This document shows, one piece after another, positions 36,816 to 51,562 of a stretch of 64,000 bases of DNA. The first letter of the stretch is position 1; every line of letters starts with the position of its first letter. The notes beneath the pieces were generated by a model that made no database searches, was not told the DNA's origin, and saw only the letters and a program-made list of their open reading frames with translations. The stretch lies in assembly GCF_006345805.1 (NCBI RefSeq), contig NC_043003.1, positions 73,532,001 through 73,596,000 on the forward strand, given 5' to 3'. Both the position numbers and the translations under genes were made by a program. This DNA is from Octopus sinensis. Its lineage: Eukaryota.

Positions 36816-38205
36816 ATTATATTGAGAGTATAAAGTAAGTATGTATGAGAATATGTATCTAATATTTATATTTTCTGTTTGAATGCTGTTGGGAAATTCA
36901 AGACGTTTTATATAAAATAAAATCAAAATACTAAAAGAGTAGAAAAGATTGATTTTAGTTTTATAAGATAGAGGCATCTGCTATTTCTCTGTCATGTAAT
37001 CAGAAAGACGGCATCCATTGAATCGATAGATGCTTGAATCCAACCTCGCAGCAGAACTATTTATGCTTTTGTCTGAAATTCACACTTAACAATATCTTCA
37101 TAGTCATTCTGCATGGGAATGCACAGGCAACTCTACTGTCCCCAGAAGGAATACATCCCATAAAGTCGGGTATCTACGTATGTGTATATACTCTCGTATA
37201 TACATATACATACTGACACATGCATACATACATACATACATATATACATACATATGTATATATGTGTGTATGCATGTATGTATGTATATATTGCCCTTTA
37301 TCCTCCCTAAACACCTAAGGAAGCGTTATTCTCAAAAGTGTAGCTAATTCATTCGTGTAATAATTTTAAGAACAGAAAAAAATTTCTTACGGGTCATGAC
37401 AATCACAATTTTTCTTTTGCCTGGTGAGACAACAGCTGCACATATCGCAAGAAACCTTGTTATTCATTTCAAGAAACTTTCCTAGTTTGAAAGACATTTG
37501 GAAACAGCGATTGTGTTAATTTTTTCTCTACCATTTCTGTTTTAAACGCCAGTTTACACGAAAGTTCGAATTTGCATAACCATAACATTTGTGGTTTTAA
37601 ATATTAGAGGGACACTTCTTCAGACCTGCATCAGTGTTGCGCTCTTACATTGCTTGTTCAAGGCTTTTATGTTTTGCTTGTATCGTTTGGATAAAAAGTA
37701 AATAAATATGAAAATATACATAGACTGTGAAAAGATGGACGCGACACGAACAGTGTCAATACCAAAAGGGATACAAGTATGGTTAGGAGATGAAGAAGCA
37801 CTAGAATATTCAACACACTGGGCACTTACTGCTAACCTTGAATGAGCATCCTGCCTGTATGTGGGGTTTATGGGTGTTCATTAAAATTTTTCACGCTGGG
37901 TACACAGCTGAAAAGGACGCCTCAGATGTGTCTATTAAAAAAATAGTGCGTACGCATGGGATTGCATGAAGTGCTTGTCCCCTAATCTAATAAATATTCT
38001 GGACACGTGATGCATTGCGTGAGAAGTGTGGCTTCATGGTGGGTTTTTCTTTTATGGCAGTTCGGCTCCGGCATAAAAGAGACGCAAGCCTTAAACACTC
38101 ACGCTGCCAATGCCTCGTTGTAGGATGGGAGTTTGTGTGCTGAAGCATATTTTCTTGCGTCTGGGGAGAGCCATTCTCTTTTGTTGCCATATTATTTAAA
38201 ACACT

Positions 38206-39027
38206 CACCGGTAAAGTTTCCACTCATTTATTTATTTATTTTTCCTAAAATATTCAATAGTCCTTGACTCAGTCCGTTATCCCAGCTTCGTTAAATTTGT
38301 TTGTTTCTGCGCATGTATGCGGGTCATTGTGTGTGTGCGCATATACATGTATGTATGTATGTATGTATGTATGTATGTATGTATGTATGTATGTATGTAT
38401 GTATGTATGTATGAGTGTATTTGTGTGTATGTATGTATGTATGTAAGCATGCATGCATATATATATATATAATGATATGTATGCGTACGTTTGTATGTAC
38501 GTATTCTGCATATTCATGTGTATGTATGTTTTTCATGTTTATGTGTTTTTACGTGCGTGTGTGTGTGTGTGTGTTTGCATGTGTGTGTGTACTTCTGTAC
38601 CTTTGTGTGTGCATGCCTGAGTGTGTCCGTATGTGTGTTTGTGTGTGTGTTTGTCTGTGTGTTTGTGTGTATGCTTGTGTGTATGGGTTTTGTGACTATG
38701 TGCTTTGTCTGTATGTATAGATATGTGTCCCCATATGTGTCCTTGTGTAAAGTGACGTGTGTGTGTATATGGTCATGTGTTTCAGTATTCATTTGCGTAT
38801 GTGTGTCTATGCGTGCAGACAGAAAAAACAAGCACACATACACACATATGTGCATACATACATGCATGTTTATGCGCACACACACTGACCCACATACATG
38901 CGCAGAAACAAACAAAAGGAACGCAGCCCAGACAACGGACAGAGTCAACAACTATTGAAAAGGTTGCTAGACGCAACGAAAATTTTAGGAAAAATAAATA
39001 AGTAAAGGAGTGGAAAATTTACCGATG
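38206..39027. mobile_element. Non-autonomous element with about 150-bp inverted termini enclosing (TATG)n and degenerate (GT)n
   Basis: caccggtaaagtttccactc...tttcctaaaat...caatag..ttgactc.gtccgtt...ttgtttgtttctgcgcatgtatg mirrored at 38870-39027. Confidence 0.7.
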
Positions 39028-40821
39028 TAACATTTAAGTTACAATATATGGATGAAAGCTCCTTGGTGTATCATTCTACAGAATATATAGAATATATAGT
39101 ATGATATAACAGAAAACGTTAAGGACAGTATAATGTGATAAATGATAGAGAAATAGATTAATGAAATTTTATTTGACTATAAAAATATTCATGACAAATA
39201 TAAGAAAATATCATGACAACTTGTTTCGCAACTTAAAATCATGTAAATAATTTATATTATATTTAATAATGAATAAATTACTTGCATGCCTGCATTAATG
39301 AAAAATGCAAAATGTCCTTTAAAATAATGCAGAATTTAAGATACGTCCTCAGCTACGAGATAGCCCCCAGAGAACGCAGTAGACATGACTAAATCGTTGT
39401 TCTCATCCATTTCTGCATACTTAATGTTTGTCACACGTTTCTGTAACACTGGTAAACCATGGAATAAATGTGATACCATCTCCTCCATCAACATTTGCTA
39501 TATATATGTGTGTATTTGCGTGCGTGGGAGTGTGTGTCTGTGTAACACCACTTACTGACTTACGTTACTACATGTGAGATTAATGGTGTTTATTAAACTG
39601 TATGCAGGAACTGACCACCCGTGGGTTCATAGCTGATATAATCAGAAGCTGTGTGATAAAATATTAAAACAACAAAAGCACTACAAACAAATATACCTAC
39701 TCCCACTCACTGTTAGCGTCTGTGATGTATCAAACCATATATAAACGGACGTTAGTGCTATTCCTTCCAACTACTGAATAAGATTATAGAATTGACACAT
39801 TAGCTTTTTAAAGCGGATTGTTCAGCTTGACAGGTGACCTTAATCAGAATAACTGAATACGGGAAAATGGCGGTTTTCATTGAATTGAATATCGAACGGA
39901 AGATAGACGTTACGATTGGTTAATTTATCGGTTTAATGTCCATTTGTGTTTAGAGTATCGACTTTCTTTTATCCTCCAATTTATATGATAGACGGTATTG
40001 TCTTTGAGTTATACAACATTATCTTTTAATTATTCATTATAAGGTGTGATCGTTGACTGAAGTAAAAATCGGTGCACCAAAATTAAATCTCACTACTCTG
40101 CTGGAATGTTTTGTTTTCTCCGCATCGTCTGCTTTATTGATTCCGCCATTTCAGCAGCGTTCTTCTGACTTGCTAATACAGTTAGTTCACTCTACTTGTT
40201 TCTCACATAAAATTTTACAGATATCTAAGTTCATATTTTATAATCTTATATCAAATTACAAAATAAATGAATAAAACGCCGATTTTCATGTAATTCATCT
40301 TCCGACGTTTACTCATCCATCCATTACTCTTTGTTGTTTAAGGGCCACATAACCGAGTTTAAAATTATATTGCCTATTGATGGTGCTTCAGATCATGTCT
40401 CCCGGTTTATTGTATGCGAACTATTCAACTGTAGATAATTTCACCAGGATCATATACTGCATATTCTTGAATATATTGCCAGTCGTTCGCTTGTTGTAGT
40501 AGAGATAATAAATGCAATTTTGTTGTTGTTAAATGCCATACCTTCCCTGACTGTAAATAGACCTATGATCAAATACACTCGACTTGTAGGAATGATGCTT
40601 TTTATTCATATACAGGATACATACGATGATATATATTGAGTAGGTCCTTTCTCTTGTAACATGACAAATTTGGATTTGAATAGTGTGTGGTGTTAAATTG
40701 CTTCAATGTCAGTTTGGTGGGTGCTGTTGTAAATTTAGAATGTTTGTCTTCCCTGAAAGCGGTTACGCTGGATATTATTCTTGATGTCATTGATTTAAAA
40801 GACTGAGAGAAATATTTCGTT

Positions 40822-40825
<4 letters not shown>

Positions 40826-40910
<85 letters not shown>

Positions 40911-40953
40911 TGTATATATATATATATATATTATATATATATATATATGTATA

Positions 40954-40995
<42 letters not shown>

Positions 40996-41055
40996 TTATA
41001 TATATATATATGTGTGGGTGTGGGTGTGTGTATGTGTGTTTGTGTGTGTGTGTCA
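40826..41055. repeat. (TA)n/(TG)n microsatellite
   Basis: Direct reading. Confidence 0.95.
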
Positions 41056-42771
41056 GTGTATTTGTTGATGTATTGCCATAATGAATTACATCGTCAAATG
41101 TTAAGCTTCAAATACAAATCTTTTGCCGGTTTTCCCTCAACTATATTGTTAACCCAAATATCACAGCCATCATCCACCGGATCTCACTTGTTTTAACAAA
41201 ATACTGCAGGTAACATAAACGAACGCTGTAAGAAGAAAGGAAGTCTTGTCAACATAGCATTTCATTTATCCTGGTGGTAAATCATCATGGTAATTTTTTC
41301 TTAATATTTTCCTCGATATAATTTAAATGGTGTACTCAGCGGACTTTATTTTAGAAAAAAGAATACAAAACCGTATGCAAGACTGCTGATAAGCCTTGTA
41401 ATTGAAAGGTCACGAATATCACAGAGTGCTTGCAAATTGGGCTTTGCTGTAAAGTACACGGTGAGTTGGAGGTTATCTTTGCAGAGATATTGCTCACAGA
41501 CGCATTTATACATTCTGAGGTCCAGAGGAGTGCTGGGAGGTACCAGTTAATTGAAACCTTTATGTTTCTGAGATTGGTTTAGAGAATATAACCTGGACAG
41601 AAGACATCGATAGTCGAGAGGTTTTGCTTACTGGAGAAGAACTTGATATATAGAACTTCCTTTGTAAAATTTGGTAAGTGTGAAAAAAGAGGAGGGTAAA
41701 TAGACCAGTGAATTTAATTCTGGCTTTGACTTCCTGGGAAGATACACACTGAGAAAGTGCAGCTATAGGAAAGGAGAGCTCTCTACACTGTAATATCAAT
41801 TTACACGATATTTGTAGCCCGGGAAAAATGGGGCCTAGCTGCAACATATATAATGAAAATACATTAGAGGAATCATAATCGAATGTCCGATACGCAATCA
41901 GAATAAACCGACGTCTATTGTTTGCTCTAATACTTTCTACGGTATATTGAATCAGATGTCATTATGCATGTTCTAACAGTGTAATTGTATAACTGTATAT
42001 ACATATGTATGTGTGAGTGCCTGTGTACATGTATATGTATATGTGTATGGATTGTTCATGTATGCTTATATTGATAATATTGGAGGATTAGGCAAAAAAA
42101 GCAAACAAAAGAATGGAAGGTACGCTCAAATCCTCGGGAGAATTGGAAAGGAAATAAAGACACTAAATGACTTCTGGCTTACATCTTCGTAGTATAGTGA
42201 CAAAACTTTTTTATTCTTCTATTTTCTCTCTCCGCCTATGTGTCTTAATCTATTCCTCTTAGTTTCTCTAATATTTAATGTAACGTGGCATGTCCTTATT
42301 TTACATGACTGAAGTACAACAGCTCATTAATATATGTACGAAACTTATTCGAATGAAGAATTACTCTCCAGGGGTTGATATAAGTTTCAGAAGCAACAAA
42401 TTTAAACTTAGAGAGACGACGAAGGGAACAGGATATGTTAAGAATTGCCGAGTTAAGGTGGTTTGGAAGTAAAATAGCAATGCGAAAAATGCAATCAATG
42501 CAAGTACAAATGCTCTCGAAAGAATGAGAAATTTAAACATTAATGCAGTATTTTTGAACAAAGCAAATTTATATTCATAGCATGTTGTCCTTCTAGAGCA
42601 ATGTCTACTTCTCAAAACTCTGTAGGCTATTAGAAATAATTTACAGCATTGTGAAAATTCTAATTTCATAGTTAGTACGATGCTGGCAATTATATGTTTA
42701 TTAACATATCATCTGCGCAAGCAAAGCCCCTACATATTAATACTTCTCGTGGAAGCGCAGTTATATATACA

Positions 42772-43157
42772 ACTAGCAGTATCGCCCGGCGTTGCTCAGG
42801 TTTGTAAGGGAAATAACTATAAAGCATTTTCAGAGAGTTATAGCCAAAAAATAGCAAAAAAATGGAAAAAAAATGATGGTAAATTATTTTTTGAGAGTAA
42901 AAAAAGGTTGAGTTGCGTCCCCTAGACAGTCTGTGGTTTGTTTTTTTTTATTCTCGACCCCATGTCGAATTTATCGATTTTTTTCAGAACTGGGGGAACT
43001 TTTCAAAATTTTCGCTGCGTTAGTTTTGAATTATGACATTGGGCTATGTGTGTGTCAAGTTTCATCAGAATCGGTTGAAAGCCGTGGTCAGGGTGAGGGT
43101 ACGAGAAAACAGACACACAGAAACACGCACAGACAAACTGCCGTTTATATAGAGAGA
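42772..43157 (+). mobile_element. Non-autonomous Helitron/Helentron-type element (Lep1/DINE-like layout)
   Basis: 5' actagcagtatcgcccggcgttgctc.gg with short hairpin; 3' caagtttcatcagaatcgg...cagacacacagaaac...caaactgccgtttatatag. Confidence 0.55.
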
Positions 43158-46100
43158 GATGTTGCTTAATTTATTCATATAAGGCATGATTTCGCCAGCT
43201 CAAATTCTATGAAACCAATCAGTACACTGTTAGTGTGCTGCTCTGGTACCAAGTTTACACATCTCTTTAATCACAGAAGACACGTAAATCTATTCAATGT
43301 ATGATTACAATTTGAATGTAAAGAATTCCTTCATATGTATTCTCAACAGTCTTGTCAGCAACCTCTTCAATTTAGTGAGTCTAGAAATGTTAACTGCGTC
43401 TTAAAATATAGTCTAATTTTATGCAAAAGATTGTAAATATCTTCTAATTTTATGCCACCAATAACAGAATTATACAAGACATAACACAGTTATATAGATA
43501 TTGGCTCTCTCTTTTTCTCTTTCTCTCTCTCATATATATATATATACACACATGAATATTCGTTTATATGTTCAGTTACAATGAAACCAAATTTCCATTT
43601 ATCTGATGGGTTACTCAATAGTTTTATAGAGTACAATTTTATCATTCCTATACAAGATGGCATTTTATAGTCACTTCGAAGTTTCGGTCATGTATATATA
43701 ATAGAAGAAAACCGCCAAAAAAGTGATTTCTCCTAGCCCCTTGCTAATATTTTCACATTTGATTCCCATTTCTAATAATTTCTATATTTCACATCTAATT
43801 ATTTATTTGTATAATGGTGCTCACTTGCTTACTAAATATTGCTTTCATTATTTTATTACAGTCATAATCTCACTTTATTAAACAAACATCACGGTAGTCC
43901 AACAACAGAGGGAGAAACAATTTGTCAAGTTTTACCTTCCCCTCAGAGCAACATAGAGATTTCAGTTCAGCAGCCCATCTGTAAGCTTTGCAGTGTGTGT
44001 TTGTGTGTGTGTGCGTGTGTGTCTGTGTCTGTGTGTGTGCGTGTGTGTCTGTGTCTGTGTGTGTGCGCGTGTGTGTATGTGTGTGTGTGTGTGTAGAGAG
44101 AGAGAACATTGCAAACAATGCAGGAAAGAAACATGAAATGAAAAAATCGTATAAATAAAAGGGCATAACTACAGATGCATACGCCCCCGGCTTTGTTGCC
44201 TCATAACATCCAGAAAAATGGATTCTTTCAAAGAAACTTTTCTACAAATACTGCTTAGATGTTATGGCTTCGGAGCATATAGAGATTTATGGGAAAGAAT
44301 TTTTGTGATGGGGTGATGAGAGGAGTTTCAGAAAATTCACACCATCTGACTGTTTTCCCTCATAACGTTCCGGAAGATGGGTATCTTTTAATGAAAATTT
44401 ATACGAATCCCTTTCAAACGACATAAATTTCGATTATAAATTTGTGGGGAAATTTTATTCGGAGATTTTCTCCAGTTCTTTTCAAAACCACAGCCTTGGA
44501 AACAATGGGGTTAGGTGGAGAGCATCTTTGTATGAAAAAAGCTTTGAAAACTCTCTTTTTTACAAACTCCCCTCCTTCATCATTCTTTTGGCCAAAGTTT
44601 TTGCACTTCAAAGCCATGGGAATTTTTTTAATATTTTCAGAAGAGAAAGTGATTAGAGGGCGATGTGGTTGTTGTTTCTACCACATCCAAAGAAATCATC
44701 CTTCTTTCTTTAACACTTTCACATGTTTGGATTTTTTCAAAACTTTTTCACCATAAATATATTCATATGCTATTTGAATGAAAATTTGAGGAAATATGTA
44801 TTTTTTGCTTCCCCACTCCCTGCCCACGATTGTTTCTGCTTTGTAATTTAGATATTGGGAGAGCCTGAGAAGGTCATTGCTGGCATTTATCCACAGTGAT
44901 TTAAAGCAATTACGGAGATGTACATGTATAGCAAATCACATGATCTGAAATTGTGTGCTGAAACAAAAAGTATTGCAGCGAGAAAGATTTTTGCAAACCA
45001 TCCAAGAACACATAAAAACTTCGACATAAAAACTTCATTTGTGTCAAAATATTTTCGTCACTTTGAAACCGCACCCTGTTCACTGACAAAAGTGATGCGG
45101 CATAAAGTTTTGTCAGTGAACAGCACACACACACATTCATTACCTCTTATTTGTGTATCTATATACGCGCGGGGATGTATTTGTATTGATGTGTGAGTGT
45201 GTATGTGTATCACTGTCGAAGTTGTGTTTGAAAATTGAGAATATTGTGCAAGTTGCGAGTACTTTTCGGAAATTTTTGCTTTTTTCTCCTCGTCTTCTAA
45301 TAGTAATTACCCAGCTCTCTAGGCTCTTCTCACAGCTATCCCGTGTCCAAAAATTATACGGGTAGTTTAAAAAATGTCATTTAATAAATGTGTTTACATT
45401 ACGTATGCACTAATAGCTAATTAAAACTAAAAAGAGAAAGTGAATGACTTTGGAAATTAAAATGGAATACTCTGCAGTGAATGCAATAAATATTAAAATT
45501 TTTGGTGAATTGGACGTAGTGAATATTTAAATTTGCGAGAAATTGGTGTTAAAAAAGTTAATAAACTTCAGAAATCGAAATTATAGGTAACTTCTTAGAA
45601 CATCAAACTGGAGGAATGCCTATTCATATTCAAAGGCTTACTGCTTCAAGGCAATAGTAAATTAGCTATATATTATATCTTAGATAGTTTTCTAACCTCT
45701 AACTCCTATATACTTATATATTTTTACATATACATACACACACACACACACGCGCGCACATATATATATTCCAGTGCAAGAGGATAAAGCAAAATGAATT
45801 TTAGTCATATTTTTCTGAGGCATTTTTGCTCAAAATGAAATATATGAGATTCACGCCAGTTTTGAAACCTGTATCTATATTCACTACTTCTTGACAACTT
45901 ACATGAAACCAACCGTGACAATTTTCATTGAGAAGCGGGCATGTTACAAAGTATGGCTATGCATTAATATAGAACTACAGAGGTGAAATGTTTTGACAGT
46001 TTCTTGTAAATAGGCAGAAATCAGAAAAGCACTTAAACAGAAGTGTAGGATCGCTTGCTTTACTCTTAGGAGTTAGGATACTTTCTGAAGAAAATCACAA

Positions 46101-46207
46101 TTAGTTATTCTATAGAATTATTGTATCGGAATACTTCATGACTGTGATGAGTAAAGAGAACTGGAGAAAGGAGAGAGGGCAAGAGCATAAAAGAAGAATA
46201 TAAGATG

Positions 46208-46255
<48 letters not shown>

Positions 46256-47327
46256 GTTGTGTATATAAATATTTGCATATATACACACGCGCATATATAT
46301 GCGTGTCTGTGTGCCTGTGTGAGCACGCGCACACACACACATATATATATTGAGAGAGAGAAGGGAGAGAGAGAAATAAAGATAAAGATACAGAGAGAAA
46401 CATAGAGAAGAAGACATGGACATTGCATATAACAGAATAAATATATAAGTGAAGACTTTAAAAGCTGAATGATATTATTCTCAACAAATGTACATATACA
46501 ACTCCATCTACACTAATATCGAAAGATGTCAATCATTGAAGCATATATCCATTAAGTGAGTATAATAAATATTCAGCACAGAAATATTTAGATATTTGGA
46601 ACCGTGAGCATTTCTCAGGAAGTTTGGTGCTATTTGACCATAATATAATATCCAGAATCATTGTAAAATATTGGAAATTCACAATAATTCGGAAAGAAAA
46701 TTACTAAATAATTTACATAGTAAAAGACAAAAACAAACAAATTAATATTGACCTCAAAATATTGTAACAATACCAAATATATTTTAGAGCACTACGACAA
46801 TCGTTTCAACGAGACACAGTACGTCACTAGTATATTGTTTTTCGAACAGGATTTCAAAATGGAGGGGAAACGTTTCTAGAGTATAATGTATACTTTCCAT
46901 CGCTATAAGGTAATTAATTTGAAAACAAATCGCAATGTGTAGGCAATTTTAACGCGTTAATCAACAACTAGAATTATATTAATTGAATACTGAAAAAAAT
47001 CTCATAGAAAGAAAAAATGACGTCGAAATTGTTATTGTGTCCTCCGCAGACATGATGTCATTGGTTCTTAAAACAACAATATCATAGAAAAAGACCGAAA
47101 TATATTTTATTCTTGGAAAGATATCAGATATGGTGGAACGGAAGCAAGTTAACAACGATGTAGATAGTGACCGTAAGAAGATGCTGCTGCGTTAGGAGTT
47201 CAAAAGCAAATATTAAAGCCATTGTTGCACGAACACACTAAAAAATATTGTTTCAATCAAAGGAAACCATATAAAATGCATTATTGCGAATTACGGAAAT
47301 AATATACATATTACTTTTTACTTTATG

Positions 47328-47367
<40 letters not shown>

Positions 47368-47554
47368 CATATCTATATATACATACATATATATATATGT
47401 ATATATATATATACAAACATATATATATATATATGTATGTATAGTAGTCGTTCATTTTAACCCACTAATGTATGTTAGTTTGTTATAACAAACTAATAAT
47501 TACATACATACATGCATGCGCATACATATACATACATACACACACGCACACACA

Positions 47555-47593
<39 letters not shown>

Positions 47594-47634
47594 CAATAAA
47601 TGGTGGGGTTGTGTCGACTGCACGTGGAGATATG

Positions 47635-47872
47635 ATAGGAGAGGAAACATTATAAAAAGGCAGAATGAAGGTAAATTTTAATAAAAATGGGTGTATGGAA
47701 AATTTAAAAAATAATAATTCTAACCGGTTTTCATAAAAAGCAAATTTTCAAAATTTGCTTTGCGATGAAAACCGATAGAGTTATTATTTTTTAAAATTTT
47801 CCATACACCCATTTTTATTAAATTTTACCCTCAATTTAGCATTCTGCCTTTTTATAATTTTTCCTCTCCTAT
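47635..47872. repeat. Imperfect palindrome, about 115-bp arms
   Basis: ataggagaggaaa...aaaaaggcagaatg...aataaaaatgggtgtatggaaaattt mirrored around aagcaaattttcaaaatttgctt. Confidence 0.9.
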
Positions 47873-47916
47873 ATATATATATATATATAGATGTAAATTA
47901 ATTTAAGATTAGGTAG

Positions 47917-48605
47917 GGTATATAATACCACTTACTAAAATCAGAGCCAATGCTTCAAAAATCACCATAAAATTACGATAAAGATGCACACGAGCAATGC
48001 AATGAACATTTGAAAAATAGGCTTACCGTTGCTTTGAATACAGAAATAAGTAATACATATTTCAATACCAATTGATTTCACGCGTTGCATGACAAACATG
48101 CTTTGCGATCCTCAGTTGAAACAGCATTTAGCATCGATTTCTAGAATATTCACTAAGCCTATATTGTGCCTGTAAAGGGAAGAACTTTCTATCTACCTTA
48201 TTATTATTGTAAATAATGGTAACACTACTACCTTATTTAAATTTTCTTGTTTCCGATTGTTTATTTCAAGCGGAGCCGGACGTTTAAAGTTAGGAACGCA
48301 CACGAGCTTACATAGGAGATCGCAAAGCATGTTTGTCATGCAAAGCGTAAAACCAATTGGTATTGAAGTATGTATTACTTATCTGTATTCAAAGCAAGGG
48401 AAAGCATATTTTTGAAATGTTCATTGCATTGCACGTGTATATCTTTTTCGTAATTGGTATGGTGATTTTTGGAGCATTGAGATGATTTTAGCAAGTGATA
48501 TTATATACCATATCGAGTATTAAATTACTATATATTGTACCTGTAAAGGAGTGAACTTGCTTGCAAGCCACCTTATTATTAGTGTAAATAACGGTAATAC
48601 TACCG
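47917..48605. repeat. Inverted arms of about 195 bp (47917-48113/48316-48509) plus a direct repeat (about 48160-48230/48528-48604)
   Basis: ttgcatgacaaacatgctttgcgatc / gatcgcaaagcatgtttgtcatgcaa; ctatattgt.cctgtaaagg...ccttattatt..tgtaaataa.ggtaa.actac occurs twice. Confidence 0.85.
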
Positions 48606-49026
48606 TGTATATATTATATATATATGTTTGTGTGTATATGCATGTAGATATATATGTATATATATGTATATATACACATACATGTTAGTTGGTCATTTTT
48701 GCCAAGTAATATATATTACTTTTTCATAACCAACTAAGTATGACCAACTGTAAAATCAGATGAAAAGTCTGAAGGTGTGCCAATCTCTGTAATATTTGTA
48801 ATTGCTTTAAATTTACACCCATGATAAAATTCATAATCCAGTGAACCGAACCCGGAGTGACCATCAGTAGAATTTTAGTGGTATCGCCCATAATATGCGA
48901 TCGTTGTTGTTTATTACATGATGTTGTTAGACGAAACCTGCATTATACCTGAGAGCTATTACGAAGCCCGCCGGAATAATTTATCCCAATATATTCCTTA
49001 TATACTCACATTATATATATATATAC

Positions 49027-49413
49027 ATCGTGGTACTCCGTCGGTTACAACGACGAGGTTTCCACATGATTCGATCAGGGGAACAGCCTGCTCTTGAAAT
49101 TAACGTGCAAGTGACTGAGCACTCCACAAGACACATGTACCCTTAACATAGTTCTCCGGGGAGATTCAGCGCGACAGAGAGTGTGACAAGGCTGGCCCTT
49201 TGAAATACAGGTACAACAGAAGCAGGAAGAAAGAGTGAGAGGGAATTATGGTAAAAGACTACACCAGGGTTCACCACCATACACTCCTGGAACGTCGTGG
49301 AGCTTTAAGTATTTTCGCTCAAGAAACACTGACAACACCCAATCTGGGAATCAAGACCGCGATCGTATGAGAGCGAGTCCGCTGCCCTAACCACTGAGCC
49401 ATTGCACCTCCAC
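49027..49413 (-). mobile_element. tRNA-derived SINE family C, near full length
   Basis: Reverse complement head gtggaggtgcaaTGGCTCAGTGGttaggg (A box) ...ggtcttgattccc (B-box-like); second copy at 56918-57296. Confidence 0.8.
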
Positions 49414-49432
49414 TATATATATATATATACAC

Positions 49433-49543
<111 letters not shown>

Positions 49544-49568
49544 GTGTGTGTGGGTTTTTGTGTGTGTG

Positions 49569-49640
49569 TGAAGGCGCGTGGCTTACAGGGTATTCAGTTC
49601 ACGGTCGTATGGTTGTGAGTTCGATTCGAGGTGGCGCACA
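49569..49640 (+). mobile_element. SINE tRNA-like head fragment
   Basis: gtgaaggcgcgtggctt...cacggtcgtatggttgtgagttcgattc. Confidence 0.55.
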
Positions 49641-49846
49641 TGCCATTGGTAGCATGTGCGGCCATTGTTGCCACATGCAATTGGGTGGCATAGAATATGT
49701 TTCACAATGGCAATACGACCTCTAGAGATGGTGATTAAATATATCGACGCTTTTTGCAGCATTTTATTTGGTATTATTGTACTTCTTTGTGCTGTTGAAA
49801 TACACGTTACTAATTTCCTTCTTTTGGCTCGCTTTCTTTGAAGTTT

Positions 49847-49966
<120 letters not shown>

Positions 49967-50367
49967 CACACGCACATATATATATATATATAGTAAAATG
50001 AGGATTCAGATAGATTCTAGTACTATAAAAGGTATGCACCTAGAAGGGTTGCATTATCTCTGTGGTTCTTGCCTATGGTTGATGAGAGTCAAAATATCAG
50101 ATAGGATATTTCGGTTCTATACACAGAGAAACCAAATCCATGAGTATTTAGCACCTAGGGGGCTGCTCTCCCCACCCAAAAAACCCAAAAAGACAAAACA
50201 AAAAACGCGTTACTTTGAATACTACGCTGTTGGTATACTGTAGGGTGTCCGACGAGTCGTAAGTTCCTTTGGTACATTATAATCAAATGAACAATAAGGT
50301 ACGATGGAGAAAAGTCAGCTGACAATTCTCCATCATATGCTGTTATTCATTATATATATATGACCTC

Positions 50368-50571
50368 GTGAGTACCGTTGCCGATTTTTTTTCGTCTGTC
50401 TTCCCTTCTCGGGATCTTTCCTTCTCCTATGTTTCCGACGAAGAGCTCCGCCCGAAACGTCAAACTATCCTTCATCCCTTCTTTCCTGAACGTCCAGTAA
50501 TACTTTATTTGTTCCACGTTCTCGCGTTGTTGTTTTTTTGTTTTTTTTTGGTTTTCTTGTTTGGATTAACT
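50368..50571 (+). mobile_element. PLE pLTR with minimal HHR (50431-50465, core CCGACGA)
   Basis: gttt-CCGACGA-a-gagc tcc gccc-GAAAC GTC-aaac; same family as 11968-12169. Confidence 0.75.
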
Positions 50572-51288
50572 ATATATATATATATATATATATTATATAT
50601 GCGTGTGTGTATGTGTGTACGTGTGTTCGTACGTATATGAATATGTAATACATACATGTACAAACAGACACACACACACGTATGACAAAAGGAAAATATT
50701 TATGTAATCTCCTCTATTAGTTTACAGCGACTTCTGCTATAAGATATTGCAAAAATATAGGTTACATTTTTACGTCTACAAAAAGGAATCTAAAGTAATG
50801 GATGCTTGAGCGATTTACCACATAAATATGCTGACCATGTCACTGTTAAGATACGAAACTAAACTCAAACACAAAGCCAAGCGTGCGTCAATTAAAGAAA
50901 AGTTCTTCCATCTTGTGTTCCATCTTACTTATTGACCACAAGAGGTTGGTATAACTAAAACGATATGCAAATCACGTAATTTCGAGCGGTATTTTACTGT
51001 TTCCCTTCCCAACAGAATAAATCAACAACTACCAAACGGATAATTATTCTAATAGTTAATATGGAAATAATAGTATATTAGAAATATTCTTGTCTTGCAG
51101 TTATACACATAGATTTAGTTTTCTCAAGTAAATATTGATTCCATTGGCAGAACACCAATGCAAGAATATAACACGCCAGAAATTACAAATTGCTGCATTA
51201 CATAGTTCTATCGTTAGTGCTTTATGATATATATGTGTATATCTGTATATACATATGTACAAATGTACAAACATTTAAGTATATATAC

Positions 51289-51342
<54 letters not shown>

Positions 51343-51522
51343 ATATATGAATATATTATCTATCTCTGTATTCATATGTTATATATAATCAATATGTGGA
51401 CATATATAAATTATGTAGATTTACGGGTATATAAGTATATATATATGCATACATATATAAGTGTGTGTATGAATGTGTGTATACAAATACCGATACATAC
51501 GTATTCATATGGTATGCATGTA

Positions 51523-51562
<40 letters not shown>

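Noticed and set aside
40280-40830. Coding-looking unique sequence; LGYVAL recalled dynamin
   Set aside because: Stops in all frames and no other GTPase motifs.
49360-49413. tRNA-like A and B boxes
   Set aside because: These are SINE heads. I could not build a full cloverleaf, so no tRNA gene is called.
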